From IMG/VR virus record IMGVR_UViG_3300025070_000025: a stretch of 64,000 nucleotides of DNA; one strand, 5' to 3'. A program made the translations under genes and the position numbers. Below the pieces are notes generated by a model. That model was not told where the DNA came from. It ran no database searches and saw nothing but the letters and a program-made list of their open reading frames with translations. Positions 37,105 through 46,173 of the stretch are shown here, in pieces. Source of the stretch: an uncultured virus (IMG/VR IMGVR_UViG_3300025070_000025) (lineage: Duplodnaviria > Heunggongvirae > Uroviricota > Caudoviricetes). The stretch's first letter is position 1; every line of letters begins with the position of its first letter.

Positions 37105-37136
37105 AACTCTGTAAGGGTTCAAGAGACAGAGTAGCT

Positions 37137-37550
37137 TTAATACTTATTGAATAGATCTTCAAACAATATTCTAGCATCATCAACTGATGCGCGATACCCT
37201 TGATATTTTTTTTGCGTTGATCTTTTATTAATTTTGTTGGTAAACTCTTTTTCATGAGTGTTAATTTCATTAACTGCTTTCTTATAATGAGAAAGTCCAG
37301 GTTCAATAAGTTCGTTAATAGTTACAATTTTAGTATCATCTATAAAAAAGAAATTGTCTGTTGTTGATTTAATCCACTTAGATAATTTTAATCCAGATGC
37401 TTTCACATCTTCAAATAGATCTTCTAAAGCACTCATGTCTTCTAGCAGTAAAGGATTACTGACTATTAGACCTTCATCATGAACTTCAACAAAAGCGACA
37501 ATTTCTTCTCCAGTCATTAATTTGATTGAGGCGAAGAATTTATCATTCAT
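37137..37550 (-). CDS. Sm-like fold protein
   Basis: IKLMTGEEIVA...VSNP...LSKW...IVTINE...Y. Confidence 0.6.
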   Translation of the reverse strand: MNDKFFASIKLMTGEEIVAFVEVHDEGLIVSNPLLLEDMSALEDLFEDVKASGLKLSKWIKSTTDNFFFIDDTKIVTINELIEPGLSHYKKAVNEINTHEKEFTNKINKRSTQKKYQGYRASVDDARILFEDLFNKY

Positions 37551-39019
37551 TTTTTTATGTTTACGGGGATGATCTCATAATTAAATTGCTCCTCATTGTA
37601 AACTTTAATTCTTTCCTTTAAATGATTAAGAGTATAGTTGATATAACTTCCTCTAGAAAAATCATCTGCAATGTCATAAAGTACTGCTTGTGATTTGTTA
37701 TCTCCTTTACGCAGAACTCTACCAATCGATTGTAGATTTCTAATCCTAGATTTGCTGGGAGAAGCAAAAATAATGTTATGTAGATTTTTAATGTTGATAC
37801 CAGTAGAGAAGGTTCCGTAGGAAGCAATGATAACGCAGTTATCATTTACCTCTGCTAACTGTCTGATGTTCTCACGTTCAGATGCTTCCACACCACCATG
37901 AACAAAGAAAACTTTCTTGGTATCTCCTATGCTATTATTTATCAAATCAAAAAGTGGTTCACCATGTTTTTCGACATAATTAAATAACACTAAGGTATTT
38001 CCTTGTAGATCAGATACTAAATTTTTAATGAATACATTTCTTTTATCATGTGTTACAATGTATTCTATCTCATCTTGATAGTTCGCAAACTTATACGATT
38101 CATGTTTGAGTGTAAGAATTTTAATTTTAAGTTGCGTCAACTGATCGCGTTGCATTAACTCAGTTGTACTGGTAACTCTATCTGAGACACCGAACAACCC
38201 TTCTAATACTAGACGATGTGTTTTAGTTCCATCTAAAGTTCCTGTAAAACCGATGCGATACTTAGCCTCATGAAGTTTAGTCATGATACTGGTAAGGGAC
38301 TTTGCTTTGAATGTATGGCATTCGTCTCCGATCACAGCAGTATATGAGTCAAAGTATTTCTTAGGAAGTTTATAGATGGACTGCCATGTAGTAATGACTA
38401 CAGGAGCATCAGATACTTTCGCTTCACCTTGATATATCTTATGGCAATACTCTTCAGGGTTCCATCCATAGTCTTCAAAGTCTTTGAATAACTGTGTGAC
38501 TAGTGATATGCTAGGAACGATAATTAAAGTTTTAAGATTAGCAGCAGTGAAAAATCTCACTAGTGCATAGATCATAAAAGATTTGCCGGACCCTGTAGGT
38601 GATAGGATGATCTTTCTATAATTTCTCAGTGCTTTGAATACAGCATTATACTGATAGTCCCTGGGTTTAATCGCAGTTCCTTCAGTGAGATAGTTTAGAT
38701 ACTCCCTTACTGTCTCTGGCAGAATATCAGGATCACGTTCAGTAGGTTTACCGTAGTATTCATTTTCTTTTAGAGAACAAGTATACTCTCGTTCATCCGC
38801 CCATTCAAACAAGTATGTAAGAAGTCCGATATAAAGTTGACCGTTACCAGGACTAAACAAACGAATTTTTCCATCCCACATTCTATTCTTAAACTGTGGC
38901 ATGAACTTTGCGTCAGGAACTTCAAAAGTAAAATACTCACTCAGTTCCTGTTTAATATATGGTTCGCAATCAATCTGAAGATAGACTTCATTTCTTTTGC
39001 TGATAACAATGTCTGCCAT
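37547..39019 (-). CDS. uvsW: SF2 DNA helicase
   Basis: PTGSGKS, DECH, TGT, QSIGRVLR. Confidence 0.96.
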   Translation of the reverse strand: MADIVISKRNEVYLQIDCEPYIKQELSEYFTFEVPDAKFMPQFKNRMWDGKIRLFSPGNGQLYIGLLTYLFEWADEREYTCSLKENEYYGKPTERDPDILPETVREYLNYLTEGTAIKPRDYQYNAVFKALRNYRKIILSPTGSGKSFMIYALVRFFTAANLKTLIIVPSISLVTQLFKDFEDYGWNPEEYCHKIYQGEAKVSDAPVVITTWQSIYKLPKKYFDSYTAVIGDECHTFKAKSLTSIMTKLHEAKYRIGFTGTLDGTKTHRLVLEGLFGVSDRVTSTTELMQRDQLTQLKIKILTLKHESYKFANYQDEIEYIVTHDKRNVFIKNLVSDLQGNTLVLFNYVEKHGEPLFDLINNSIGDTKKVFFVHGGVEASERENIRQLAEVNDNCVIIASYGTFSTGINIKNLHNIIFASPSKSRIRNLQSIGRVLRKGDNKSQAVLYDIADDFSRGSYINYTLNHLKERIKVYNEEQFNYEIIPVNIKK

Positions 39020-39447
39020 TACCTAATACCCTCAATAAATGATTTCCATTCAATGGCGTTTTTAATTTGATATGATCTAGTGTTTATCATTCTGATAACA
39101 CTCTCAAGATATTCGATAATAATATCGTACATATCTATCTTTAATTGTAAATCTTTGATGTGAGGATCAGATTCGATATACATTGTCAAATCTGATTTAA
39201 GAAGTTTTAGGTCAAACGGATTTTCCCTATAATCTTCTGGGTCTCCTTTACCTGAATAATATTCAAACTTGCGGCGAGTGAGTTGCTTTAAGTTTCCTGC
39301 TGCTTGTTTCTTTTTAAATCTGTACTCTGAAAAAATTTTAAAATATTTTGAATGTAGTTGTGGAATACTGAGTGAGGCAGTATCTAATTCGACAGGATCA
39401 ATTTTTGCATCCTGTTCCCACATCGCTTGGATTTCATCAAAAGTCAT
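39019..39447 (-). CDS. uvsY: Recombination mediator
   Basis: IPQLHSKY, YYSGK, RSYQIKNAIEWKSF. Confidence 0.93.
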   Translation of the reverse strand: MTFDEIQAMWEQDAKIDPVELDTASLSIPQLHSKYFKIFSEYRFKKKQAAGNLKQLTRRKFEYYSGKGDPEDYRENPFDLKLLKSDLTMYIESDPHIKDLQLKIDMYDIIIEYLESVIRMINTRSYQIKNAIEWKSFIEGIR

Positions 39448-39962
39448 TAACTAATCACTGTACCATCATACTTAATTCTATATATGAGATATTTAAAGGT
39501 AACTGTTGCGGTAACATATTGTACTCCAGTCTCAGTAGAATCGAATACTACAGGTGATAATGATACAGGCCATGCATCATCATATTCAATTACAAGATTG
39601 GATTGCCAATTACTATTTAAAATTTCTAATACAATCTGACCTTCGATCGGATCTTTATCTGTGTCATACTGTTCTGCCAAACCAGTCTTCTTCAACCACT
39701 TATGAATAGTGGCATAGTTTGACATATCTTCATCAATCAAAAACTTAACTGTCAGATCTTCAAATTCTGTTTCAGTTCCTGCAATCGAATAGTCTCGGAA
39801 AGGATTGGGTACTGTAATGTCAGTAATTCTTATGCCAGGGATATCAACTGATTGACACAAAAATGATACCTTAGGAAATTTTAAAACCGATAGTTTAAAT
39901 CCTTGAGGTGCCAGATAATTTGCATTATCAATTTTATCAACCAACCAATTTGCCTGGGTCAT
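39447..39962 (-). CDS. gp3: Tail tube terminator / tail completion protein
   Basis: NYLAPQGF, FLIDEDMSNY, AWPVSLS; position upstream of uvsY. Confidence 0.85.
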   Translation of the reverse strand: MTQANWLVDKIDNANYLAPQGFKLSVLKFPKVSFLCQSVDIPGIRITDITVPNPFRDYSIAGTETEFEDLTVKFLIDEDMSNYATIHKWLKKTGLAEQYDTDKDPIEGQIVLEILNSNWQSNLVIEYDDAWPVSLSPVVFDSTETGVQYVTATVTFKYLIYRIKYDGTVIS

Positions 39963-39992
39963 TTTCGTAATATACCTTTTAAATATTTAGAT

Positions 39993-40017
39993 AAAAAAAG
40001 ACCCCTTGCGGGGTCTT
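39993..40017 (-). terminator. Intrinsic terminator
   Basis: AAGACCCC-GCAA-GGGGTC-T7; late promoter CTAAATA follows at 39984-39990. Confidence 0.9.
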
Positions 40018-40027
40018 CTATATTTCT

Positions 40028-40201
40028 TTAGTTTAAAATTGTTCTACATACTCGTTTGCATTTACTTTGATTTAGTGAATCGCATTCGATTAAACACTCA
40101 TAATAGTCATTGAGTTTTTGATATTCTACCTCCGCTCGATCTACTGATTTTTCAAAATGTTTCCATTCAGATAGTTGACCTCTAGATAATAGATTGTGCA
40201 T
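40028..40201 (-). CDS. Small twin-CX3C protein (57 aa)
   Basis: GGAGG RBS; MHNLLSRGQLSEWKHFEKSVDRAEVEYQKLNDYYECLIECDSLNQSKCKRVCRTILN; not in the ORF track. Confidence 0.75.
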   Translation of the reverse strand: MHNLLSRGQLSEWKHFEKSVDRAEVEYQKLNDYYECLIECDSLNQSKCKRVCRTILN

Positions 40202-40343
40202 TGTGCCTCCATGTAATTTTCAAAAAACATAATCAAAGAGAAGGGTTCATTGGTTACCTAACAATTCTACTAGTATGTATATAAAAATGTTCGTTTCAGC
40301 ACAATTAGGAAATAAAAATTTATGCCTACGAATATATACCCAT

Positions 40344-40368
40344 AAAAAAAGACCCCTGTAAGGGGTCT
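40344..40368 (-). terminator. Intrinsic terminator after gp23
   Basis: AGACCCCT-TAC-AGGGGTC-T7. Confidence 0.9.
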
Positions 40369-40391
40369 GTGTGAACCTGTGTGAGGTTATA

Positions 40392-41744
40392 TCACATAAG
40401 GTTGGTAACACGTACACGTCTGTAGTAGACGTTGGTGTTGACGTTGCCAGCGGCGACTGGATCGGAATCGGAAAGGGCAGTGTCACCCTTAGCGAAGGGA
40501 TTAAGAACCATGCCGTAGCGTGTCTTAAATCCGATTTTGGGCTGGAAGGTGTCAGGACCAATTGCACGAACCATCTGAAGAGGAACGTAAGGGCAATAGA
40601 ACAGACCAGCATCATATGCTGATGTACCTTTGTATCCAGCGATGAAGAACTGAGCAGCGTTAGCGCCCTCAGAAGGAAGTGCCGAATAAGGATCGATGTA
40701 AACGCGGATGCGTCCGTTCAGCGTACCAACGAAGGTGCTACCGGTGTCATCAACATTAAGACCAGTGTTAAGGGCAGGGTTGTAGTCGAGGACTCCAGCC
40801 ATTGACAGAGCAGAAGCAACATCTGAAGAACAGATGAGCATGTTGCCCTTCCCTCTACGAGTCTCTTTCGCGATGGCGTTCATTTCACGCTCAATTTGGA
40901 AAAGAAGACCTTTGAACTTCTCAACGCTCCAACGACCGTTGCTATCAACGTCGAGGTCGAAGGTTCCTTGTGATGCGGTGTTCTGTTGAGCACCAGGCTT
41001 AGCGGAACGGAAGACTGTGCGAACGACTTCTCTGTTGATTTCCGTAAGGATCTCAGCAGAAAGGATGTTAGCAAGTTCAGTCTCAGCGTCAAGACCGTGG
41101 ATTGCCTTAAGGTCTTGTGCCAGTTCCAAGCTGTACTCAGCTTTCAGGGCGCGTGACTTAGCAGTAACGGCGATCTTCTCGATCGAGAATGCCATCTCGG
41201 GGAATACAGCAGATGCTGCTTCGCCAAGTGCTTCAGCGGCGGTCGATGCCATGCCAGCACCAGAAGTGTAAGTACCACTGTCGTTAAGAACGGCAGGGTT
41301 AGTTCCGGTTTGTGCAGTACCACCAGCAGAGTTGCCGCTATCATAAGCGGTGCCAGACCATGCTTGGTTGACTTCATTGAAGAATGTCTCAGTACCAGTC
41401 TGTGACTCGTAACGTGAGCGCATTGCGAAGATCAGTCCAGTAGGACCATTCATGGGTTGAACGCCACAAATGTCATAGGCGATCAGGTTAGGCATTGAAC
41501 GACGGATCAGTGAGATCAGTACGGGATCAAAGCCTTGGATGTTGCCACTACCAGTTGTAGCAGTATTGATAGGACCAGCGTTTGTAGGCGCTTCGGTCAA
41601 CATTCTCTCCTCACGGAGGAATTTTTCTTGGTTCTCCAGTAATTGTGAAGTAACGGCTTTCTTGTAACTATCTTTGATCTCGGGGAGATCGCCATGAGAC
41701 AGAACAGGTGCCCACTTCTCTTGGAGTTGTTCGGTATTGAACAT
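40392..41744 (-). CDS. gp23: Major capsid protein
   Basis: EKWAPVL, LLENQ, CGVQPMNGPTGLIFAMR, SRALKAEYSLELAQDLKAIHGLDAE, FQPKIGFKTRYG. Confidence 0.99.
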   Translation of the reverse strand: MFNTEQLQEKWAPVLSHGDLPEIKDSYKKAVTSQLLENQEKFLREERMLTEAPTNAGPINTATTGSGNIQGFDPVLISLIRRSMPNLIAYDICGVQPMNGPTGLIFAMRSRYESQTGTETFFNEVNQAWSGTAYDSGNSAGGTAQTGTNPAVLNDSGTYTSGAGMASTAAEALGEAASAVFPEMAFSIEKIAVTAKSRALKAEYSLELAQDLKAIHGLDAETELANILSAEILTEINREVVRTVFRSAKPGAQQNTASQGTFDLDVDSNGRWSVEKFKGLLFQIEREMNAIAKETRRGKGNMLICSSDVASALSMAGVLDYNPALNTGLNVDDTGSTFVGTLNGRIRVYIDPYSALPSEGANAAQFFIAGYKGTSAYDAGLFYCPYVPLQMVRAIGPDTFQPKIGFKTRYGMVLNPFAKGDTALSDSDPVAAGNVNTNVYYRRVRVTNLM

Positions 41745-41784
41745 TAGGTGCTCCTAAAAGTTTTGTTAGTTGTGAACTATAATT

Positions 41785-41792
41785 TATTTATA
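41785..41792 (-). promoter_or_regulatory. T4-type late promoter for gp23
   Basis: Perfect TATAAATA; related (A/C)TAAATA boxes also precede genes 22, 67-like, 20, 19, 18 and others (42961, 43880, 45545, 46161, 48147, 50539, 50837, 54492). Confidence 0.85.
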
Positions 41793-41800
41793 ATTTTAAA

Positions 41801-42919
41801 TCACTTAGTATAACGAGCGATTGCGTCAACATAAGAAGCCATGTGAGCAGGAACTTCCTTCTCAACAACGGGCTCAGATGCTTCTACGCTTTCGTTGACT
41901 TGAGCCTTGGGGAAATAGTTTTCCTTAATAGTCTCAATCTTTTCACGATATGTTTCCTCAGCGGTGAACTCTACACCCTCAGCAAGTGAGGAGAGTTTTT
42001 CTTTCTGAGTATCTGCTAAACCTTGGGATACTTCTACAACGATAGATTCTTTTACGAATTCTCCCAGAGCAGAGTTTAATTCCACATTTTTTTCAATTTG
42101 TTCGTTGAGTTTTGTCTCCATCTCATCTAGTTTGTTAGTCATCCCCTCAACCATGTTGTACTTCTCTTCAGGGATTTCCATGTAGTGTTCAGTGAACACA
42201 CCCTTCAGAGCAGACATAAATGACTCGGCAATCTCGGTACGAATACCTTCGTCAATTGCGAGCTTGTTATCGCTAATCCATTGTTCTACAATATAATTCA
42301 AGAATGAGTCAACCTTAGAGGTCATCTCTTCCTTGATCACGTCAATTTGCTCATTTAACTGAGCGGCATACTTTTCTTCCAAACGTGTTGTTTCTTCTGT
42401 GATTTTAGAAGTAACAGCAGCAGTGAAGATTGTTGTTGCTTTTTCTTTAAAACCTTCTGAAAGTTCCTCGCCATTGACAAGAGCGTCAATGTCAGCAGAA
42501 ACATCAACTGTTTCTAGAACTTCTTTGGTTTCATCAACAGCACCTTCTTTCTTAAGAGAAGGCATTGCGTCCCCGCCACCACGACTGGTACTCTTACCAG
42601 ACATATCCTTACCACCTTCTAATTTAGGCATAGGATCTTGCTTGCCTTCACCCGAGTTAACTGCAGTCTTAGACTTCTTAACAGCGGCAGCAGCTTTAGC
42701 GCCAGAGTTTTCAAACTTGCCTGAGTGACCTTCCGAAGAACCGGCAGCCATTGGTTCTACGTTAGCAACTGCAACTTCAGCACCTGATGCACTAGGAAGA
42801 TTTGTACCTTCTGCTGGAGCTGCACCAGCATTTACAGCATTCTTCATTTCTGTAACGGTATCAGCATCAAAATTCTTTGATGCAAAGTCCTCAAATTTCT
42901 CGTTTAACGAATTAGCCAT
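41801..42919 (-). CDS. gp22: Prohead core scaffold protein
   Basis: LSEGFKEKATTIF, VDSFLNYIVEQW, IKENYF. Confidence 0.93.
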   Translation of the reverse strand: MANSLNEKFEDFASKNFDADTVTEMKNAVNAGAAPAEGTNLPSASGAEVAVANVEPMAAGSSEGHSGKFENSGAKAAAAVKKSKTAVNSGEGKQDPMPKLEGGKDMSGKSTSRGGGDAMPSLKKEGAVDETKEVLETVDVSADIDALVNGEELSEGFKEKATTIFTAAVTSKITEETTRLEEKYAAQLNEQIDVIKEEMTSKVDSFLNYIVEQWISDNKLAIDEGIRTEIAESFMSALKGVFTEHYMEIPEEKYNMVEGMTNKLDEMETKLNEQIEKNVELNSALGEFVKESIVVEVSQGLADTQKEKLSSLAEGVEFTAEETYREKIETIKENYFPKAQVNESVEASEPVVEKEVPAHMASYVDAIARYTK

Positions 42920-42972
42920 TTAAAATAACCCCTTATGGATACTTTTGATTTTCTATTACTTATTTATTAAAA

Positions 42973-43617
42973 TTACAAGTTAGAAAGCAGTCTCTCAAAC
43001 CCTTCGAGGATTTTACCCTCAAGTTGATTGCGAGATACACTGTCTAACTCTTCCTTAACTCTTTGGAGATCTGCTTCTTTAAATGCTCCATTATTCCAAA
43101 CCCACTCTTTTCCTTCCATAATTCCGTCAACAAAAGCGTCGGGAGCAGAAGGATCTGCTACAATATCGGCAGCAGTAGTAAGCATGAAATCATCACGGAC
43201 ATAGTTAGAACCACCTTTAGATTCCAAACTACCTACACCTCTAGAAGAAACTCCGAGTTGTACACCTTCGCGAAGAAGGTTCTTTGCGATCTGACCCATA
43301 GGGGTTTCAAGCAGTTTCGCCTTACCAATATAGTTTGAACCATCTTGGTAAAGTTCCACAATCTTATGTGAAACACGATCAAGGTTGATGGTAGGACCAT
43401 CAGGGTGACCTAGTTCACCGAGAGCACGGGACTTCTGTACAAAATTTTCATTGTAATTAGTCACTTCGCGCTGAAGAACAGGCATGGGATATACACGACC
43501 ATTGCGATTTTTTAGATCGCCCTGGAGAAATACTCCCTGAATGTATGTATACTCTTTTCCATCTTTCTCTTCAGTGAGGAGTTCAATATCCTCAATGTGC
43601 TCTACGATAAGTTTCAT
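42973..43617 (-). CDS. gp21: Prohead protease
   Basis: KNRNGRVYP, GELGHP, GVSSRG, DIVADPSAPDA. Confidence 0.97.
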   Translation of the reverse strand: MKLIVEHIEDIELLTEEKDGKEYTYIQGVFLQGDLKNRNGRVYPMPVLQREVTNYNENFVQKSRALGELGHPDGPTINLDRVSHKIVELYQDGSNYIGKAKLLETPMGQIAKNLLREGVQLGVSSRGVGSLESKGGSNYVRDDFMLTTAADIVADPSAPDAFVDGIMEGKEWVWNNGAFKEADLQRVKEELDSVSRNQLEGKILEGFERLLSNL

Positions 43618-43856
43618 GGTTCTTCTGTGGGTTCGGGTTCTGTGGTAGGTTCTTCAGCAGATGCTTCTACTTCAGGAACTTCAGACTCAACTTCAGGTTC
43701 TTCTTCAGTTGGGTTCATCAGTTGAGTGGAATATTCTTTTTTGTAAATATCCAATGCTTCAGATGCCTTGGCATAAAGCACATCAATCACTTCATCAGAT
43801 GCAACGGAGTTTTCTCCGTTAACAATTTGGTTAATCAATTCTTTAGTTACACTCAT
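43614..43856 (-). CDS. Small acidic prohead core protein (gp67-like position)
   Basis: Between portal and protease; E/P-rich tail. Confidence 0.65.
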   Translation of the reverse strand: MSVTKELINQIVNGENSVASDEVIDVLYAKASEALDIYKKEYSTQLMNPTEEEPEVESEVPEVEASAEEPTTEPEPTEEP

Positions 43857-43882
43857 AATAGTAAATTAAATTATAATATTAT

Positions 43883-45514
43883 TTAGTTTTCAACTTCTTT
43901 AGAAGTTTGTGCTTTCATAGGAGGCTTCGATGTTGTATCAACAGGTCCGCCTGCTGGAGGTGCTACAGCATTAGGATCTTCCACTGGCATGACTGGAGTA
44001 TCCATCAGTTCACCTGATTTTTTCTCAATGTCAATTTGGATCTTAATCTCTTCCATTTCAGCTTCCGTTTGCTGTAGGATCTGACGTTTGATATGATCGT
44101 TGGAATAATATACTCCAAGGAAAGGTTGCATTCTCTCTACGAGATTTAACCTCTCGCCAATCATTTCAATTTCTTTTAGTTCAGTGAAATGGTTATCGAA
44201 CAGGAAGTCATATTGAATATGCTGTTCCATCATCTCCCAGTCATCTGTGGTGATAACACCTTTCAGAATGAGTTGTGTCTTCAACATATCATTGAAGAGA
44301 TGTGCGAATTCTTTACGCAACCTTCCGACAAATTTTACGAACTTAAGTTCATCACGCAAGATCTCATTGGAACGTCCGAGACTAAATCCCTTCTCCTCGC
44401 CCACGCGAGATGGTGGGAGGTTAAGCGATTTGTAGAGTTTCTTCAGGAAGTATTCAACGTCCTTCAGTTCTCCGAGATTTTGAGCACCAGGAAGTGTAGT
44501 GATTTCTGTTCCTCTACCACCTTCACGGCGAGGTAACCAGAAATCTTCCAGCATACTCATGAACTTTTTGTCGTCACGAATTTCACCAGTGTTAGCGTCA
44601 TACACTAACTTGTTTCTGTAGCGAGACATAACCTCTCTGAGGTATTGCTCTGCCTTTGCTTTAGGAAGATTGCCAACATCAATGTAGAAAATTCTACGCT
44701 CAGGAGCGCGAGACATTCTATAGATAACCAGAGAATCTTCAATCATTCTCAGTTGGTTAACTGCCTTCAATGCCTTATGAAGATAAGATAATGGAAGGTT
44801 ATTATTCATGTCAAGCAAACCTGATGACACAAATGTAATTGCGTCAGGAGCAATTTTTACCCCTAACTGATCGTTGCCTGCAATTGAAACTGTTGCTTTA
44901 CTATTAAATACACCCTTAGGGTTATACAAATAATACTCAGTAATACTTCCGTAATCAACTTTTCCATTGCTATCTGTAGCAGGAGCAGCTGACTTTTTAA
45001 CCTCACGCATTTTTTTGATCTTTAATGGATCAATGTAGCGGAGTTCTTTAATACCCTCAGTGGGTTTGTTTACATCAATTACCTTATGATAATACAGTCT
45101 GCCATCAATGTACCAACGCCTGAAAATGTGGTAGCATTTTTTGTCAAACTTAATTAGTCTTTTAAGTTCTTTAAATTCTTCTCGAATTCTCTTCTTGATT
45201 GATTCACTTACTTCAAGATTAGAGAGTTCAATTTCTACTGGTGAATCATCACCATCAGCAACGATTGCCTCGTTGACTACTTCATCAATCGCAGAATCTA
45301 CTTCTGGATGTAATGATACCTCGCGATATTTTCTGATCTGCTCAAATTCATTTTTTGAGACACCTTCAATATCGACATATTGACCGTAATAACCTCCAGC
45401 AGAGATTGTTACGGTCCCATCATCGTTATTGGGAGCAACAGGAGATACTAACCCCTGCTGCTTTTTTTTCTTTTGATTATCTTTGTCTAAAGAAAATCCG
45501 AATAACTCCGCCAT
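43883..45514 (-). CDS. gp20: Portal vertex protein
   Basis: WYIDGR, RAPERRIFYIDVGNLPK, EDFWLPRREGGRGTEI. Confidence 0.98.
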   Translation of the reverse strand: MAELFGFSLDKDNQKKKKQQGLVSPVAPNNDDGTVTISAGGYYGQYVDIEGVSKNEFEQIRKYREVSLHPEVDSAIDEVVNEAIVADGDDSPVEIELSNLEVSESIKKRIREEFKELKRLIKFDKKCYHIFRRWYIDGRLYYHKVIDVNKPTEGIKELRYIDPLKIKKMREVKKSAAPATDSNGKVDYGSITEYYLYNPKGVFNSKATVSIAGNDQLGVKIAPDAITFVSSGLLDMNNNLPLSYLHKALKAVNQLRMIEDSLVIYRMSRAPERRIFYIDVGNLPKAKAEQYLREVMSRYRNKLVYDANTGEIRDDKKFMSMLEDFWLPRREGGRGTEITTLPGAQNLGELKDVEYFLKKLYKSLNLPPSRVGEEKGFSLGRSNEILRDELKFVKFVGRLRKEFAHLFNDMLKTQLILKGVITTDDWEMMEQHIQYDFLFDNHFTELKEIEMIGERLNLVERMQPFLGVYYSNDHIKRQILQQTEAEMEEIKIQIDIEKKSGELMDTPVMPVEDPNAVAPPAGGPVDTTSKPPMKAQTSKEVEN

Positions 45515-45550
45515 TGTATAAATGAAACTACGTTTTACTGTAGTTATTTA

Positions 45551-46138
45551 TCACGCAATTGAACTTGCGCCTACGTCATCAGTTTCCCACCAGTCATACT
45601 GGAATTCAACAGTATACTCAGCAACAGTATTATTGTTGTCATATGACAAGTCAATCTGAGCAATATTGCTTGGGAAAGCGTTGTTGAATTTGTAGGATCT
45701 TACTACGTTATGAGGATCAGAAGGATCATCTCCTGAATTAATTCCTCTACCAAGTTGATCAACTTGTAAAGTAGAAGCAAAAGCTGAAGTATATCCAGCG
45801 CCATCATCATGCTTATTCAGACGATCCATCCACTTCTCAAAGTATCCTCTGAGTGCCATGTCTTCGTCAGCCATTACGGTAACAGTCCATGATTCAAACG
45901 TTCTGTCTCCAGGAAGTTTGATAACTCTACCTCTGAAAGGAACTTCTACAGTTCCAACACTGCTGGCAGGGATACCAGCAGAACGACATAGGAATGAAAA
46001 TTTGCCATCACCGGCTTTAACGTCGGAAGCACCATCAATAGAACTGATGTTTGCCTCAAGATCTACTACGCTTACACGGAATAGATTAGGACGAAGACCG
46101 TAACCAATTTTTCCTTTAAATGCGGTTAAGTTTGCCAT
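45551..46138 (-). CDS. gp19: Tail tube protein
   Basis: RPNLF, VPFRGR..KLPGDRTF, AFPSNI, YTVEFQYDWW. Confidence 0.95.
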   Translation of the reverse strand: MANLTAFKGKIGYGLRPNLFRVSVVDLEANISSIDGASDVKAGDGKFSFLCRSAGIPASSVGTVEVPFRGRVIKLPGDRTFESWTVTVMADEDMALRGYFEKWMDRLNKHDDGAGYTSAFASTLQVDQLGRGINSGDDPSDPHNVVRSYKFNNAFPSNIAQIDLSYDNNNTVAEYTVEFQYDWWETDDVGASSIA

Positions 46139-46173
46139 TGTTTGATTATCTCCTTATTTGTATTTATTGTTAA

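Noticed and set aside
40028..40201. CP12
   Set aside because: No AWDxVEE core or CP12-type C-terminal cysteine loop.
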